Below, in pieces: positions 46,624 through 56,583 of a DNA stretch of 64,000 nucleotides (positions are counted from its first letter, which is position 1; each line of letters starts with the position of its first letter). The stretch covers positions 677 to 64,676 of the forward strand of contig CAYISA010000003.1 of NCBI GenBank assembly GCA_964365955.1, read 5' to 3'. Both the position numbers and the translations under genes were made by a program. Origin of the DNA: an uncultured Candidatus Saccharibacteria bacterium (GTDB lineage Bacteria > Patescibacteriota > Minisyncoccia > UBA6257 > GWB1-50-10). Under the pieces are notes generated by a model, which was given only the letters and a program-made list of their open reading frames with translations, was not told where the DNA came from and made no database searches.

Positions 46624-47091
46624 TTATTCCTTGGTATATGCCAAGCGAATCTCTTCCAAATCCTTGAGTGGAATCTGATCCGCCGGCCCAGAATAAAGTT
46701 TTCCGTCCACCGTTACAACCAGCGTGTATTCATCACGAATAATCGGGCGATCCCAAACACTGAAAAAATCGCCAAGTGTGTATGTGCGGCTGTCTTGGGA
46801 TTCCACATGGATAACCCCGCGCGCGACATCGTCTGCGTGTGTGTGCACAGCGCGCTCGCAGGAAGGCGAAAGTCCAATGCCTGCAGGGATCGTCTCTGCG
46901 ACGCCGTCCACAAGAATGGGTAGGGTCGGATGAATATGCTGGACCAGCGGAAGTCCTTCGCGAAGACAAGGAACGCTGTCCTCTAACCCTGTGCCAACAG
47001 ACCCACCAAAAATCCGCGGAAGCGAAAACCCAGCGATAAGAACCACCACAATCCCGATCCCCCACACAACCGTTTTCTTATCTTTCAGCAT
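46624..47091 (-). CDS. Membrane-anchored His-rich hypothetical protein
   Basis: TM segment (VVWGIGIVVVLIAGF). HIHPTL and VHTHADD motifs may bind metal. Confidence 0.4.
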   Translation of the reverse strand: MLKDKKTVVWGIGIVVVLIAGFSLPRIFGGSVGTGLEDSVPCLREGLPLVQHIHPTLPILVDGVAETIPAGIGLSPSCERAVHTHADDVARGVIHVESQDSRTYTLGDFFSVWDRPIIRDEYTLVVTVDGKLYSGPADQIPLKDLEEIRLAYTKE

Positions 47092-47181
47092 ACTTATTAT
47101 CTTACCGAACCGCACCATAAAACACAAAAGCGATCCTAACAGAAAGGTTTTCAATCGGGAATGGTAGAATAAATAATAAGG

Positions 47182-48207
47182 ATGGGCTCAAAACTTTTGC
47201 GGGTTTATATTTTAGGTGGGTTGGTTCTTCTTGTAATCGTAGCGGGGGGCGGTTTTTATTATGCGTTTGAGTCATCGCTCCCCGATCTGCCACCCGCAAA
47301 ACAACTTGTGGTCGGTGCGCCGTATTCCGAACCCATACCCGAAACGCCAAAAAATCCGGAGTTCAATATCCGCATCAAAGATAAGCACACAGTGATTGTG
47401 GAGTGGCGCTATCTTCCTTCGCTTACCACGCATATCAATATCTTTCGCGGGAAAAACGCGAATGCGGCTTTCGCATTCTGGGAATCCCTGACGCTTGCCA
47501 ATTCGGACCTAGCGGCCGGTTCGCGCGAGCTTGCACTTTTACCCGGTGAAAATTCCGCATCTTATTTTTATTATCTAGCAACATTTGGAACAAATGGCGA
47601 CCCCATTTGGACATCGTCGAGCACTGTCGCAACGTCTACATCCATTTTGGATACCCCGCCTCCGAACACCGACGGAATACCGCCTATGATCACCCCAACT
47701 TCTACCACGACTATACCGCCTACAACGACCACATCGACCGCTACCTCCACTACCACATCCACTCCTCCCGTAACCAGCACGTCCACAACGACAAGTACGG
47801 AACCCACACCAACTTCCACTAGCACGCCGCCTACGCCAACATCTTCCAATCCTTTCTCTTATCCGCCGGGCGCCATTTTGTTCTATTCGCCCTCGGGACA
47901 GATTACGGGGTACATTGTCCCCGTGGATTATAACTTCTGGGCGCAGTATGTGAACAAAAATATTGAGCTGAACTGGCAGAGCATGCCCACCGCAACGGAT
48001 GCTATCTACGTCTATCGCTCCACAACCAACACGGGCCCGTGGATAGAACTTTTGATCCAATATAACCCGCCTATAGGAGCTCCGGGATCCATTAAAATCA
48101 TAGACGAGACGGTCACACAACCGTTTTATTACCGGATGGAGGCGCGACAGGGTTCCCAGATTCTGGGGATTTACGGACCGGTGTTTCTCGCCGGCCTTAC
48201 CCAGTAA
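47182..48207 (+). CDS. Membrane-anchored protein with a Thr/Pro/Ser-rich repeat linker
   Basis: N-terminal TM. About 70 aa of degenerate TSTTTSTPP-type repeats, encoded at roughly 47640-47860. Confidence 0.5.
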   Translation: MGSKLLRVYILGGLVLLVIVAGGGFYYAFESSLPDLPPAKQLVVGAPYSEPIPETPKNPEFNIRIKDKHTVIVEWRYLPSLTTHINIFRGKNANAAFAFWESLTLANSDLAAGSRELALLPGENSASYFYYLATFGTNGDPIWTSSSTVATSTSILDTPPPNTDGIPPMITPTSTTTIPPTTTTSTATSTTTSTPPVTSTSTTTSTEPTPTSTSTPPTPTSSNPFSYPPGAILFYSPSGQITGYIVPVDYNFWAQYVNKNIELNWQSMPTATDAIYVYRSTTNTGPWIELLIQYNPPIGAPGSIKIIDETVTQPFYYRMEARQGSQILGIYGPVFLAGLTQ

Positions 48208-48675
48208 CTAGCGTGTTATCGAAATAACTTTTCCCGCCTCCGCAAATGGAGCAGAAATAGTGATTACACCGCTTGAAGCGTTCCGAATAATATAATATGC
48301 GGAATCATAATCCGTCGTCCCCCCGTAATGAGCGCCCGACGCGGATGGATCGAACGGCATTTTTTGCAGATAGACAGGGACAAGACAGGGCCCGATATCG
48401 TACGTGGTTGTCGCCCCGGCCGTTGCCATGCGGACCGTTGTGGTTGGGATAGAACCGGCGGAACAAGAAAATCCGCTTCGATTGTCGGAGATGTTCTGAC
48501 GAACGACATTCATCAGCGTATTGATATGAGAATTGCGCTGAGAGTTTCTTCCGCGTGCAAGTTGTCCGGCGGGATTTAGCATCGTAATTCCGATAACCGC
48601 CACCACCACAAACACCATCACACCAATAGTGATTTCCGCAATCGTAAATCCACGTTGTTTTTTTCTTTGGTGCAT
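48208..48675 (-). CDS. Type IV pilin / prepilin-type N-terminal cleavage-methylation domain protein
   Basis: KKQRGFTIAEITIGVMVFVVV is a class III signal peptide with the GFT..E motif. Confidence 0.7.
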   Translation of the reverse strand: MHQRKKQRGFTIAEITIGVMVFVVVAVIGITMLNPAGQLARGRNSQRNSHINTLMNVVRQNISDNRSGFSCSAGSIPTTTVRMATAGATTTYDIGPCLVPVYLQKMPFDPSASGAHYGGTTDYDSAYYIIRNASSGVITISAPFAEAGKVISITR

Positions 48676-48680
48676 TTCTC

Positions 48681-50117
48681 CTATTTTACCTCATCCCAGG
48701 AAATCTGAACGTATTGGTCTCCCGTCAACGGAAAATTCGGTGGCGGACCGAACAGCAAATTTCCGTCGTACGTGATATTCCGAATTTGATACCCCGTTCC
48801 ATTCGTATATGCAAACCCATAGCGCAAACTTGAGGCAATCATTCCGTACAGTGTCAAGGTATTACGAATATATCCAGTCCCGCAATTAGACCCATAGTAG
48901 TACCGCCCCGCACGTCCGCTCTGTGCGATTAGCGCCGCATCGATACGCTCAACATCCGCGCTGCCGAGTCCCGTATTGATGTTATATTCCGCGATCAGTC
49001 CGATCACGTCCGTTCCGTCATAATTCGTATACAACAGGTTATTGTTGAGGGTAATGCTCCCGGTACCAAGCGCGTTACGGGCCCCCACGACAAGGCGCGC
49101 TCCGTTAATTTGTCCCCGAATCCACGCGTGATCTTCCAAAAAAATGATTCCGTTTGCGGGGAACGGGTAATTTCCCAATGAGGTCGTCGCGAAAATAGTC
49201 CACGTCCCCCACCCCGATTGATTTTGCGAGTTTGTACAATACTGCGGAGCTACGGTAAGCGACGTAACCTTGTATAAATCGAATGTGTCGTCCGTTTTAA
49301 AAACAATCTCATATCCGTACGCGGTCGATGACGCCCGGTAAAACCCGGAGGCCTGTGCATCGGTGCTCATCTGCGAAAGCGTTTGTGTAATGCCCACAAA
49401 ATCCACGGGGGGCACGCCGACCTGACGACCGGACATAAAGATAGTTGGCTGCGACGGCATGGCGGCAGGAGGAAATGGATCAACGGGTGTGTGTGTATGC
49501 ACCCCGAATTCCCGATTAACGTCCGGATGCCAGGAATGATCCGGGCTGTCGACGTCGTCATGATCGGGATCATCGTAGGATGTTAGAACACTACTGATAA
49601 GATTGTGCGCTACACCATCGAAACGGATACCCTTGTTGGAATGAATAGGTCCGAACACTTCCGTTCCGGCTCCAAACCTCACATTGTCGTTCATCGCAAC
49701 CGCATATTTTGCGAGCGACGGAACGCCCAGACGCACCTCGATAATTTTTTCGATTGATGTATCGGTAAGAAGTTTTCCCGTGCTCCTTATTTTTACGACA
49801 CGGGAGCCCACCGGTGGTGGCGTGATATCAAGCGTAAATGTTCCGATTAGACTTCCCGATTTATCGTAGTAGTCGTGCACATAAGGCCCGGCTGTGCCCG
49901 TTCCGTCCTGATAATCAAGCGGCGCGTGTGCCAAGTGCCAGCGATAATATTCGATGCCCGCCTCGGCAACATTGAACGCCAGAAGCTTTCTAAAGTCCCG
50001 GACGGAAGAATTCAGAAGCGATGATGACCACACCACAAACCCGATTACCGCGGACAGTGCCACGGTGGAAAAAACGAGAAGTTGAAGAGAAATTTGGCCG
50101 GCCGAGCGTTTTCGCAT
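48681..50117 (-). CDS. Putative pilus-associated protein (PilX-like minor pilin/adhesin)
   Basis: N-terminal hydrophobic helix and a large beta-rich extracellular domain. It sits inside the pilin operon. Confidence 0.45.
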   Translation of the reverse strand: MRKRSAGQISLQLLVFSTVALSAVIGFVVWSSSLLNSSVRDFRKLLAFNVAEAGIEYYRWHLAHAPLDYQDGTGTAGPYVHDYYDKSGSLIGTFTLDITPPPVGSRVVKIRSTGKLLTDTSIEKIIEVRLGVPSLAKYAVAMNDNVRFGAGTEVFGPIHSNKGIRFDGVAHNLISSVLTSYDDPDHDDVDSPDHSWHPDVNREFGVHTHTPVDPFPPAAMPSQPTIFMSGRQVGVPPVDFVGITQTLSQMSTDAQASGFYRASSTAYGYEIVFKTDDTFDLYKVTSLTVAPQYCTNSQNQSGWGTWTIFATTSLGNYPFPANGIIFLEDHAWIRGQINGARLVVGARNALGTGSITLNNNLLYTNYDGTDVIGLIAEYNINTGLGSADVERIDAALIAQSGRAGRYYYGSNCGTGYIRNTLTLYGMIASSLRYGFAYTNGTGYQIRNITYDGNLLFGPPPNFPLTGDQYVQISWDEVK

Positions 50118-50120
50118 GGA

Positions 50121-50729
50121 TTAATTGGATTTTAAATTCCGAATAGTAACCAATGTGGACAGTGTGATGGAGCGGGGCGTGGTGGTTGTACTTATGTCGG
50201 CGGTGAACATAACCATAACGGAACGGATTGCCGTCACGTCTACGGGATATACGAGTGGGGCACCGGTGCCTGTATAATTCGTATCATAATAAGCGAACGA
50301 GCTCTGAGACCCGAGTAAATTTGTCACGGGAACAGAAACCGTTTCGGAGGATGATGGGTACGTTATCGGGTTGCCTACCGGACGGATTACGCCTTTTTGA
50401 AGCGTACCGGAAGCAATCGTGTATCGGACATGTTCCATAAGACCGTCACGGTCAATGTCACTAAAAAACGTAAACGTTGTGGAACTTGCGGCTTCGATGG
50501 GAAACGCTCCCGCGCTCGATTGGCCGATAGACCGGATCTCAACCACGGCCGTCTGCAAGGCCTGCTCCACATCCGCTTGGGTCGGAAGTTTTGCATCCAA
50601 ATATTTCTGAATATTCGTTATAATCCCTACAAATTGTGTGAGAATCACAACCAAAATAACCGAAATAGCCGCCCCCAAAATAAGTTCAAGAAGAGAAAAG
50701 CCGTTTTGTGAACCAAACTGTTTTTTCAT
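50121..50729 (-). CDS. Prepilin-type pseudopilin
   Basis: ATG at MKKQFGSQNGFSLLELILGAAISV, a prepilin motif. It starts 1 nt after the upstream stop. Confidence 0.65.
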   Translation of the reverse strand: MKKQFGSQNGFSLLELILGAAISVILVVILTQFVGIITNIQKYLDAKLPTQADVEQALQTAVVEIRSIGQSSAGAFPIEAASSTTFTFFSDIDRDGLMEHVRYTIASGTLQKGVIRPVGNPITYPSSSETVSVPVTNLLGSQSSFAYYDTNYTGTGAPLVYPVDVTAIRSVMVMFTADISTTTTPRSITLSTLVTIRNLKSN

Positions 50730-50730
50730 G

Positions 50731-52494
50731 TTACGGCGACAAATTGATTTCGGCCTGCGTCCATTCTCCCGAAACGGAGATGGAGCTTGTTGCCGGTAAA
50801 TACCCGGGAACCGTGGCTTCGGCAAAATAGGTACCCGCAGAAAGATTCTGGAAAAGAACCTGGCCCAATGGAACACAGGGACCCGAAAAGTATACCGTAA
50901 GATCCCGTAACTCCGGCGTTGTGCCCGCATCTTCCGTAGACAGCAGCACTTTGTATCGGAAATAGCGATTATTAGTTAAAGACGCGTGCAGTGCCACGGA
51001 AGAAGAGGTATAAAATGTCCCCGCGGTTCCGTCCGGACCGATAAAATTCCATGTCGTGTCATCGCTATTTGCCGCAAACTGAAGCCGGAGGCTGTCGGCT
51101 CCCGTTGAACCGGGCTGTGATGCCGGATTCCATAGAACGTTCCCGTAGGTGGTGGAGGTCGCTCCAAAATCCAACGTCTCCGAAATCAGATATGCGACGC
51201 TCGTTGTACTGTACCCACCCGCGCCGTACGCCATCGTAATTATTCCGGGAGTTCCGACGGGATCGACTCCCGATTGCTCCGAATAAGTCCCCGCGCTCCA
51301 GTCGGTCTGTGAACGATAAAATTCGCCAGTTTTCTTTGCCCCGGAAAATCCTGTTTTGGTAAGCTCCACGGTTGCACCCGGAATAGGGGCTCCGCTTACC
51401 CCTTCTTTGACGGTTATAAGAAGTGAGTTGGGGTCGGCTGCCCTCAAAATGAATGCAAAAACCGCGTTGGTAGCTGGCGCGATATATGCGGGAGTTAGAG
51501 GAAGAGTCCCTAGTAAATCGTACCCACCAGAATAAGAGAAGGCGTGACTCCCCCACTCGATTCCGGCATATACTTTCGTTCCGTCCACGCCGGTCTGCGA
51601 GCTGGTCGAGAATTTTATTATGTCCGGATCCGTACCGATCAGCTTGCTGCCGGTTATTACAAAGGGCTGACTGCCCACGCCGGCACAAAACGCATCTTTT
51701 GTTTCCATGACAAAAGGGGCGAGTAAATCGATCTGAAAGGTGACGGGGGTGAGCGTCTGTGCCAGGACGGACAGATGCCCGACAATCGGATTGGGATTTG
51801 CCGGAACACCCACGGGATAAGTTTGATCCGTAGAATACCCCACTTTGGTAACCGTAACTTGGTACCCTTGAGTGCTGGTCGGGACTCCCACCAGCTGCAG
51901 CACGCCATTCTGGTTGGTGGTATCCGTCAGATCGATCGCAGGAGTTGTGCTGGTGTTCACAACATGAACGCTTGCGCCAGGAACCGGAGCCCCGCCGGCG
52001 TTGATAACATTCACGAACAGCGATCCGCTATTCGCGCTGCTTTCCAGATTTTTAGGAGCAATGCGCGCCGTAAGGATAAGGGGGATAAAATTCGGACAGG
52101 TGGTACAGGTTGCTTCAAGCTCCACCAATTTATAATCGGCGGGTGCGGTATCATTCGGATTGCCACCCAAAATTCCGTCGAACGGATCGTCTATATTCCG
52201 CACCGTCGTTTTGATGGCAAACACTCTGTCTGTGGTAGTGGTCGCTATTTTAATCTGCTGCAACACCCCGCTCGGAATTCCGCCCTGCGTTCCCACCTGG
52301 TCAAACGGAAGATTCCGAACCGTCTCCATTTCCTTGTTCAAAATCGCCGTTCCCATCGTACGAAGATCGGTGTTGCTTAAAACGTCCACAACGGAACGAT
52401 AAAAAAGGAAGAGTCCGCCGAACAGCATAAAAATAAGTCCCACGCCAAGGACTACTTCAATGAGTGTTGCACCTCGGTTCCGTTTTTTTTGCAT
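50731..52494 (-). CDS. Large prepilin-type protein (minor pilin with a carboxypeptidase-regulatory-like beta-sandwich domain)
   Basis: RGATLIEVVLGVGLIFMLFGG prepilin N-terminus. 587 aa. Confidence 0.65.
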   Translation of the reverse strand: MQKKRNRGATLIEVVLGVGLIFMLFGGLFLFYRSVVDVLSNTDLRTMGTAILNKEMETVRNLPFDQVGTQGGIPSGVLQQIKIATTTTDRVFAIKTTVRNIDDPFDGILGGNPNDTAPADYKLVELEATCTTCPNFIPLILTARIAPKNLESSANSGSLFVNVINAGGAPVPGASVHVVNTSTTPAIDLTDTTNQNGVLQLVGVPTSTQGYQVTVTKVGYSTDQTYPVGVPANPNPIVGHLSVLAQTLTPVTFQIDLLAPFVMETKDAFCAGVGSQPFVITGSKLIGTDPDIIKFSTSSQTGVDGTKVYAGIEWGSHAFSYSGGYDLLGTLPLTPAYIAPATNAVFAFILRAADPNSLLITVKEGVSGAPIPGATVELTKTGFSGAKKTGEFYRSQTDWSAGTYSEQSGVDPVGTPGIITMAYGAGGYSTTSVAYLISETLDFGATSTTYGNVLWNPASQPGSTGADSLRLQFAANSDDTTWNFIGPDGTAGTFYTSSSVALHASLTNNRYFRYKVLLSTEDAGTTPELRDLTVYFSGPCVPLGQVLFQNLSAGTYFAEATVPGYLPATSSISVSGEWTQAEINLSP

Positions 52495-52497
52495 ACC

Positions 52498-53604
52498 TTA
52501 GCGGCTGATCCCTTGCGATATTGAATAGATCGGAACCACAATGGAAATCGCGACAAACCCTACAATCAATCCCATGATAACCAAAATAAGAGGCTCGATA
52601 AACGCCGTCAGATTTTTAAGCGAATTATCGGTCTCTTCGGTAAAATATTCCGAAAGATACGTGAGATTTTCTTCCAAATTTCCCGTGGTTTCCCCGATTT
52701 CTATCATACCGGTTAAAATAGGCGGGAACATTTTCTGATTCCCCCCGAGCATCTTCGCGAGCGGATTTCCCTGTCGAATTCCCTCGGCCGCGTCCAAAAG
52801 GCGTTTGCGGTATACTAGATTGTCGGCGGTGTTGCTGGTGATGGTAATGGCTTCCACAATTTTGATCCCGCCTTTCAGCAACACTCCCAGCACGCGCGTA
52901 AAATTCGCCGTACCCACATCAATGGTAAATTTGGAAAAAACAGGCAACAGCAGAATCACCCGGTCGATGGCATAACGAACTTTCTCGATTTTTAAAAGTA
53001 GACGGAACAGGACGATAAATGCGACAGCTCCTCCAACCAGAATAAAGAAATACTCGCGTACAAACCCGAGCACGGAAATTAAAATGCGGGTTGTGACAGG
53101 GAGTTTGATATTCAAATTTTCAAACGCGGTAATCAGTTTCGGAAAAATGAAAAATGCCAGAAACGCGTTCACGATGATGGTCATCACGAACAAAATGCCG
53201 GGATAAATCATTGCGGACTTTACTTTGCCGCGCAGTGATTTCGCTTTTTTCATCTCGTCAGACAGGTACAGCAGGTTTTCCGCGAGCGTTCCGCTCGCCT
53301 CGCCAACTTCCACAATACTAATGAAAAAATCGCCAAAAATGCTTTTGAATTTTTTGAAGCTCTTCGCAAGCGCCTGCCCATTATTAATATCTTCAATCAA
53401 CTGGTTCGTGATGCGCCGCAAACCGCGCGATTTTGTCTGTGCCTGAACGATTTTGAGCCCCTCGAACATCGGGAGCCCTGATTTGATAATAATCGAAAGA
53501 TGCCGCGAAAAATCAATTTTTTCCTGAAGCGAAACACGCGAAAATAGAGGAAGTTGGTTTTCCTTTTCGGCATTCACTTTCTTTAAAACAGGATTCTCAC
53601 TCAT
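52498..53604 (-). CDS. pilC: Type IV pilus assembly platform protein PilC (GspF family)
   Basis: Two GspF repeats and three TM segments. Its ATG overlaps the pilB 3' end by 8 nt. Confidence 0.85.
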   Translation of the reverse strand: MSENPVLKKVNAEKENQLPLFSRVSLQEKIDFSRHLSIIIKSGLPMFEGLKIVQAQTKSRGLRRITNQLIEDINNGQALAKSFKKFKSIFGDFFISIVEVGEASGTLAENLLYLSDEMKKAKSLRGKVKSAMIYPGILFVMTIIVNAFLAFFIFPKLITAFENLNIKLPVTTRILISVLGFVREYFFILVGGAVAFIVLFRLLLKIEKVRYAIDRVILLLPVFSKFTIDVGTANFTRVLGVLLKGGIKIVEAITITSNTADNLVYRKRLLDAAEGIRQGNPLAKMLGGNQKMFPPILTGMIEIGETTGNLEENLTYLSEYFTEETDNSLKNLTAFIEPLILVIMGLIVGFVAISIVVPIYSISQGISR

Positions 53605-54832
53605 GGATAATACGGAGAACTTCATCGATACTGGTCAAACCCTCAAGAGCTTTCTCAAGTCCGTCTTTCAACATCGTCGTCATCCCACCTTTCACGGCCG
53701 CTTCTTTGATGTCTTGCGCGCTTGAACGTTGCATTACGAGTTCGCGGATCTCATCATCCAGCAATAACGCTTCTCGAATCCCCAGACGCCCCTTGTACCC
53801 GGTGTTGCCACACGACGCGCATCCCACCGGCGCGTAGAAAGATCGTTTCTCTTTTTCAACGTACGGGATGAGCTCACCCAGACTTTCCACCTCGGCGATT
53901 GTCAGTGTTTTCTTTTTTTTGCAGTCCGGGCAAAGCCGCCGCACCAACCGTTGACCCATCGCGATATTTACGGTGGACGCCACCAAAAACGGCGGAATCC
54001 CCATATCCATAAGCCGCGGAAACGTAGTCGCCGAATCATTCGTGTGAAGCGTGGAAAGCACCAAGTGTCCGGTTAAGGCAGCATTCACCGCAATGCGGGC
54101 AGTTTCTTCGTCGCGGATTTCCCCTACCATCACAATATTCGGATCTTGCCGCAAGATGGAACGCAGTCCGCTTGCGAACGTAAGTCCGACCTGCGTATTC
54201 ACTTGAATCTGTGTGGTTCCTTCGAGCGAATACTCGATTGGGTCTTCGATCGTAATAATGGAGACTTCGGGCTTGTTCAGTTTTCGCAGAATGGAATAAA
54301 GCGTTGTTGTCTTCCCCGATCCTGTAGGACCGTTCGCTAAAATCATGCCGTAGGGACGCTTAATGGCGGCAAGCACCTGCCGCAGATCGGCCGGTGAAAA
54401 ATCCTGCGTTTCCAGATCCAGTGTGCGGTTTGCCGCCAAAATACGCATCACAATATTTTCTCCATAATACGTGGGAATAATCGAAACGCGCACGTCCACA
54501 TTCCCCAGGACTTCCGCCGTTACCCGAAACCGCCCGTCCTGCGGAACCAAATGTTCGTCGGTACGGAGACCCGCCACCACTTTGATACGCGCCACCAGTT
54601 CCCCGCGCACGTCTTTAGGAATCGGATTTTTGGGAAACATATCGGTTAGATTGCCGTCAATGCGAAAGCGAATGCGCATTCCCTTCTCGTCGGGGTCCAT
54701 ATGAACATCGGACGCCCGCGCCACATAAGCGTACTCGATAATAAGATCCACCAGCTTCACCACCGATACTTTTTCCGAAGGATATTTCAGCTGTTTCAGG
54801 ATTTCTTGTTCAATAATTTTGATATCGTACAT
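53597..54832 (-). CDS. pilB: Type IV pilus assembly ATPase PilB (GspE family)
   Basis: Walker A GPTGSGKTTT, Asp/His boxes, and a tetracysteine CPDC...CASC motif. Confidence 0.9.
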   Translation of the reverse strand: MYDIKIIEQEILKQLKYPSEKVSVVKLVDLIIEYAYVARASDVHMDPDEKGMRIRFRIDGNLTDMFPKNPIPKDVRGELVARIKVVAGLRTDEHLVPQDGRFRVTAEVLGNVDVRVSIIPTYYGENIVMRILAANRTLDLETQDFSPADLRQVLAAIKRPYGMILANGPTGSGKTTTLYSILRKLNKPEVSIITIEDPIEYSLEGTTQIQVNTQVGLTFASGLRSILRQDPNIVMVGEIRDEETARIAVNAALTGHLVLSTLHTNDSATTFPRLMDMGIPPFLVASTVNIAMGQRLVRRLCPDCKKKKTLTIAEVESLGELIPYVEKEKRSFYAPVGCASCGNTGYKGRLGIREALLLDDEIRELVMQRSSAQDIKEAAVKGGMTTMLKDGLEKALEGLTSIDEVLRIIHE

Positions 54833-54876
54833 GACTCTATTATAGTATATTTAACACATAGGCGTATCATTACACG

Positions 54877-55074
54877 ATGGATATTATCTCGCACGAACTC
54901 TGGGGAGACATCGCGGTGGGACCCTTTTCGAACTATGAGTTTGATGGGATCTCGTGGGGACATCCGTCTATTTTTATTCCGAACGTGATGCTCCTTATTG
55001 CCGTGTATGCTCTTTTCTTCTTCTATCGCTACAAAACCGCAAAAAAATTATTCCTGAAAGAAAAACATGTTTGA
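54877..55074 (+). CDS. Small membrane protein (65 aa)
   Basis: ORF with one TM segment. Low confidence. Confidence 0.25.
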   Translation: MDIISHELWGDIAVGPFSNYEFDGISWGHPSIFIPNVMLLIAVYALFFFYRYKTAKKLFLKEKHV

Positions 55075-55534
55075 CGTAACTCTGTGTTTTCTTACGCGTC
55101 CGAATGAGGTTCTTCTCGCTATAAAAAAGCGGGGATTCGGCGCAGGAAAATGGAATGGGATCGGCGGAAAGGTAATACCCGACGAAACAATCCCCGCGGC
55201 CGCATGCCGTGAGATACAGGAGGAAATCGGCGTCATTGTCCGAAAAGAAGACTTGGAGTCGCGCGGCACGATTGAGTTTTTCTTTCCGCACAAGCCCGAA
55301 TGGAATCAGCGTCTTCATATCTTTTTTGTAAAGTCATGGGAATTGGAACCGCAGGAATCCGAAGAAATGCGTCCGCTCTGGTATGCGCACGACCAAATTC
55401 CCTACAATGAAATGTGGGTAGATGACTTCCACTGGCTTCCGCGGGTACTTGCCGGAAAATCCATTCGCGCAACCTTTCGTTTCAAGCACGGCTTTGACAA
55501 CGAGTTGGAACAAATGGATATAAAGGAAATATAA
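55067..55534 (+). CDS. NUDIX hydrolase
   Basis: Nudix box GGKVIPDETIPAAACREIQEEIGV. Confidence 0.8.
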   Translation: MFDVTLCFLTRPNEVLLAIKKRGFGAGKWNGIGGKVIPDETIPAAACREIQEEIGVIVRKEDLESRGTIEFFFPHKPEWNQRLHIFFVKSWELEPQESEEMRPLWYAHDQIPYNEMWVDDFHWLPRVLAGKSIRATFRFKHGFDNELEQMDIKEI

Positions 55535-55535
55535 A

Positions 55536-55566
55536 AACCCGCATCTACAAGGTGCGGGTTTTAAAA
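55536..55566. terminator. Bidirectional rho-independent terminator
   Basis: cccgc-atctacaaggt-gcggg hairpin with an A run upstream and a T run downstream. Serves NUDIX (+) and the DUF378 gene (-). Confidence 0.5.
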
Positions 55567-55576
55567 AATCAAAACC

Positions 55577-55804
55577 TTACTTCGCCATTGGCTGTGCGGA
55601 CATATTTTTTTTCTCACACATCTTGCAATTTTTCGCGTGCGTTACGACTTCATAAATCGCGGAAAGTCCCACGAGGACATAGACAACTTTCATAAACAAA
55701 CCCCACCCGTCACTCATCGACCAGTCACCAAGACCGACATTAAACACTTCAAGCAACCAGTTCAAGCCACCGATCACAAGAAGAATAAACGTAACTTTAT
55801 GCAT
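55577..55804 (-). CDS. DUF378-family small membrane protein
   Basis: ILLVIGGLNWLLEVFNV...VYVLVGLSAIY resembles DUF378. Confidence 0.5.
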   Translation of the reverse strand: MHKVTFILLVIGGLNWLLEVFNVGLGDWSMSDGWGLFMKVVYVLVGLSAIYEVVTHAKNCKMCEKKNMSAQPMAK

Positions 55805-55869
55805 AATTTTAAATCAAACTTCTGTCGACCTTTCGACTCTTCTATTTTATCACATTCGCACTACCAATT

Positions 55870-56406
55870 TTATCCACCAAAAGGCGCGGAGTGAGCTTTC
55901 ACCGCAATTTCCTCCGTGTTGGCGCGCTTCATCAATTCCTGTTGCAATCGTTCCGCGAAAGTGTGTTCGAGCGCGGGTAAAATAATCGGTTTTTGCGACG
56001 CTCGGGTCGGATCCTCTCCTTCTGCATGCGCAATCGAAAAACTCACATCACTTGTCCCAATCAACTGATCCACAATCCCCCGTTCAATCACCACATTTTG
56101 AACTCTACGAAACGGGACCACTACTTCCGTTTGGCGCAGAATGCCGCGCGTGATCGCAATAGAATCTTTCCCGAGCTCGATGCGATAGCGAATGTAATCA
56201 AACCAACCGATAAAAATGGAGATGAGTAGAACAAATACGCTTATCCCAACCCCCGCAAGCGTAATGCTCCCGAGCGTGGGCACCGAACCAATCACGCTAT
56301 TCGCCGCAAGCATAACCCCGAGCAGAAAAACACCGAGCCCAATGCGGCGCATCAGGAGTAGAAAAAAAGTCCTGGGACCCAACTGTTGGAATACGCGTTC
56401 TTCCAT
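55870..56406 (-). CDS. Membrane protein with a bacterial PH domain (YdbS/YdbT-like, bPH_2)
   Basis: Two TM helices followed by a PH-like fold (ITRGILRQTEVVVPFRRVQNVVIERG). Confidence 0.5.
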   Translation of the reverse strand: MEERVFQQLGPRTFFLLLMRRIGLGVFLLGVMLAANSVIGSVPTLGSITLAGVGISVFVLLISIFIGWFDYIRYRIELGKDSIAITRGILRQTEVVVPFRRVQNVVIERGIVDQLIGTSDVSFSIAHAEGEDPTRASQKPIILPALEHTFAERLQQELMKRANTEEIAVKAHSAPFGG

Positions 56407-56457
56407 CTGTTTTATTCTACACTATTCTTTGTGCATGCTTTCGTCTACGCAGGATAC

Positions 56458-56485
56458 TTGCAAAATAAAACGGATATGGTACAAT
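56458..56485 (+). promoter_or_regulatory. Sigma70-like promoter (TTGCAA-16-TACAAT)
   Basis: Sits about 100 nt upstream of the RRM gene. The intervening leader carries a gcactgc/gcagtgc long-range pairing. Confidence 0.35.
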
Positions 56486-56583
56486 AGCACTGCCTGTTTT
56501 TACATCCTTCGTGGAATGGACGACGTCAGTCGTAGGAAGCGCGTGGGGGTAAGGTCGAGCAGTGCGTTATATATTTTTTAGAA

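Noticed and set aside
47575-48120. 181-aa Arg/Gly/Cys-rich minus-strand ORF
   Set aside because: It is the antisense shadow of the Thr/Pro repeat-encoding region of the 47182-48207 gene.
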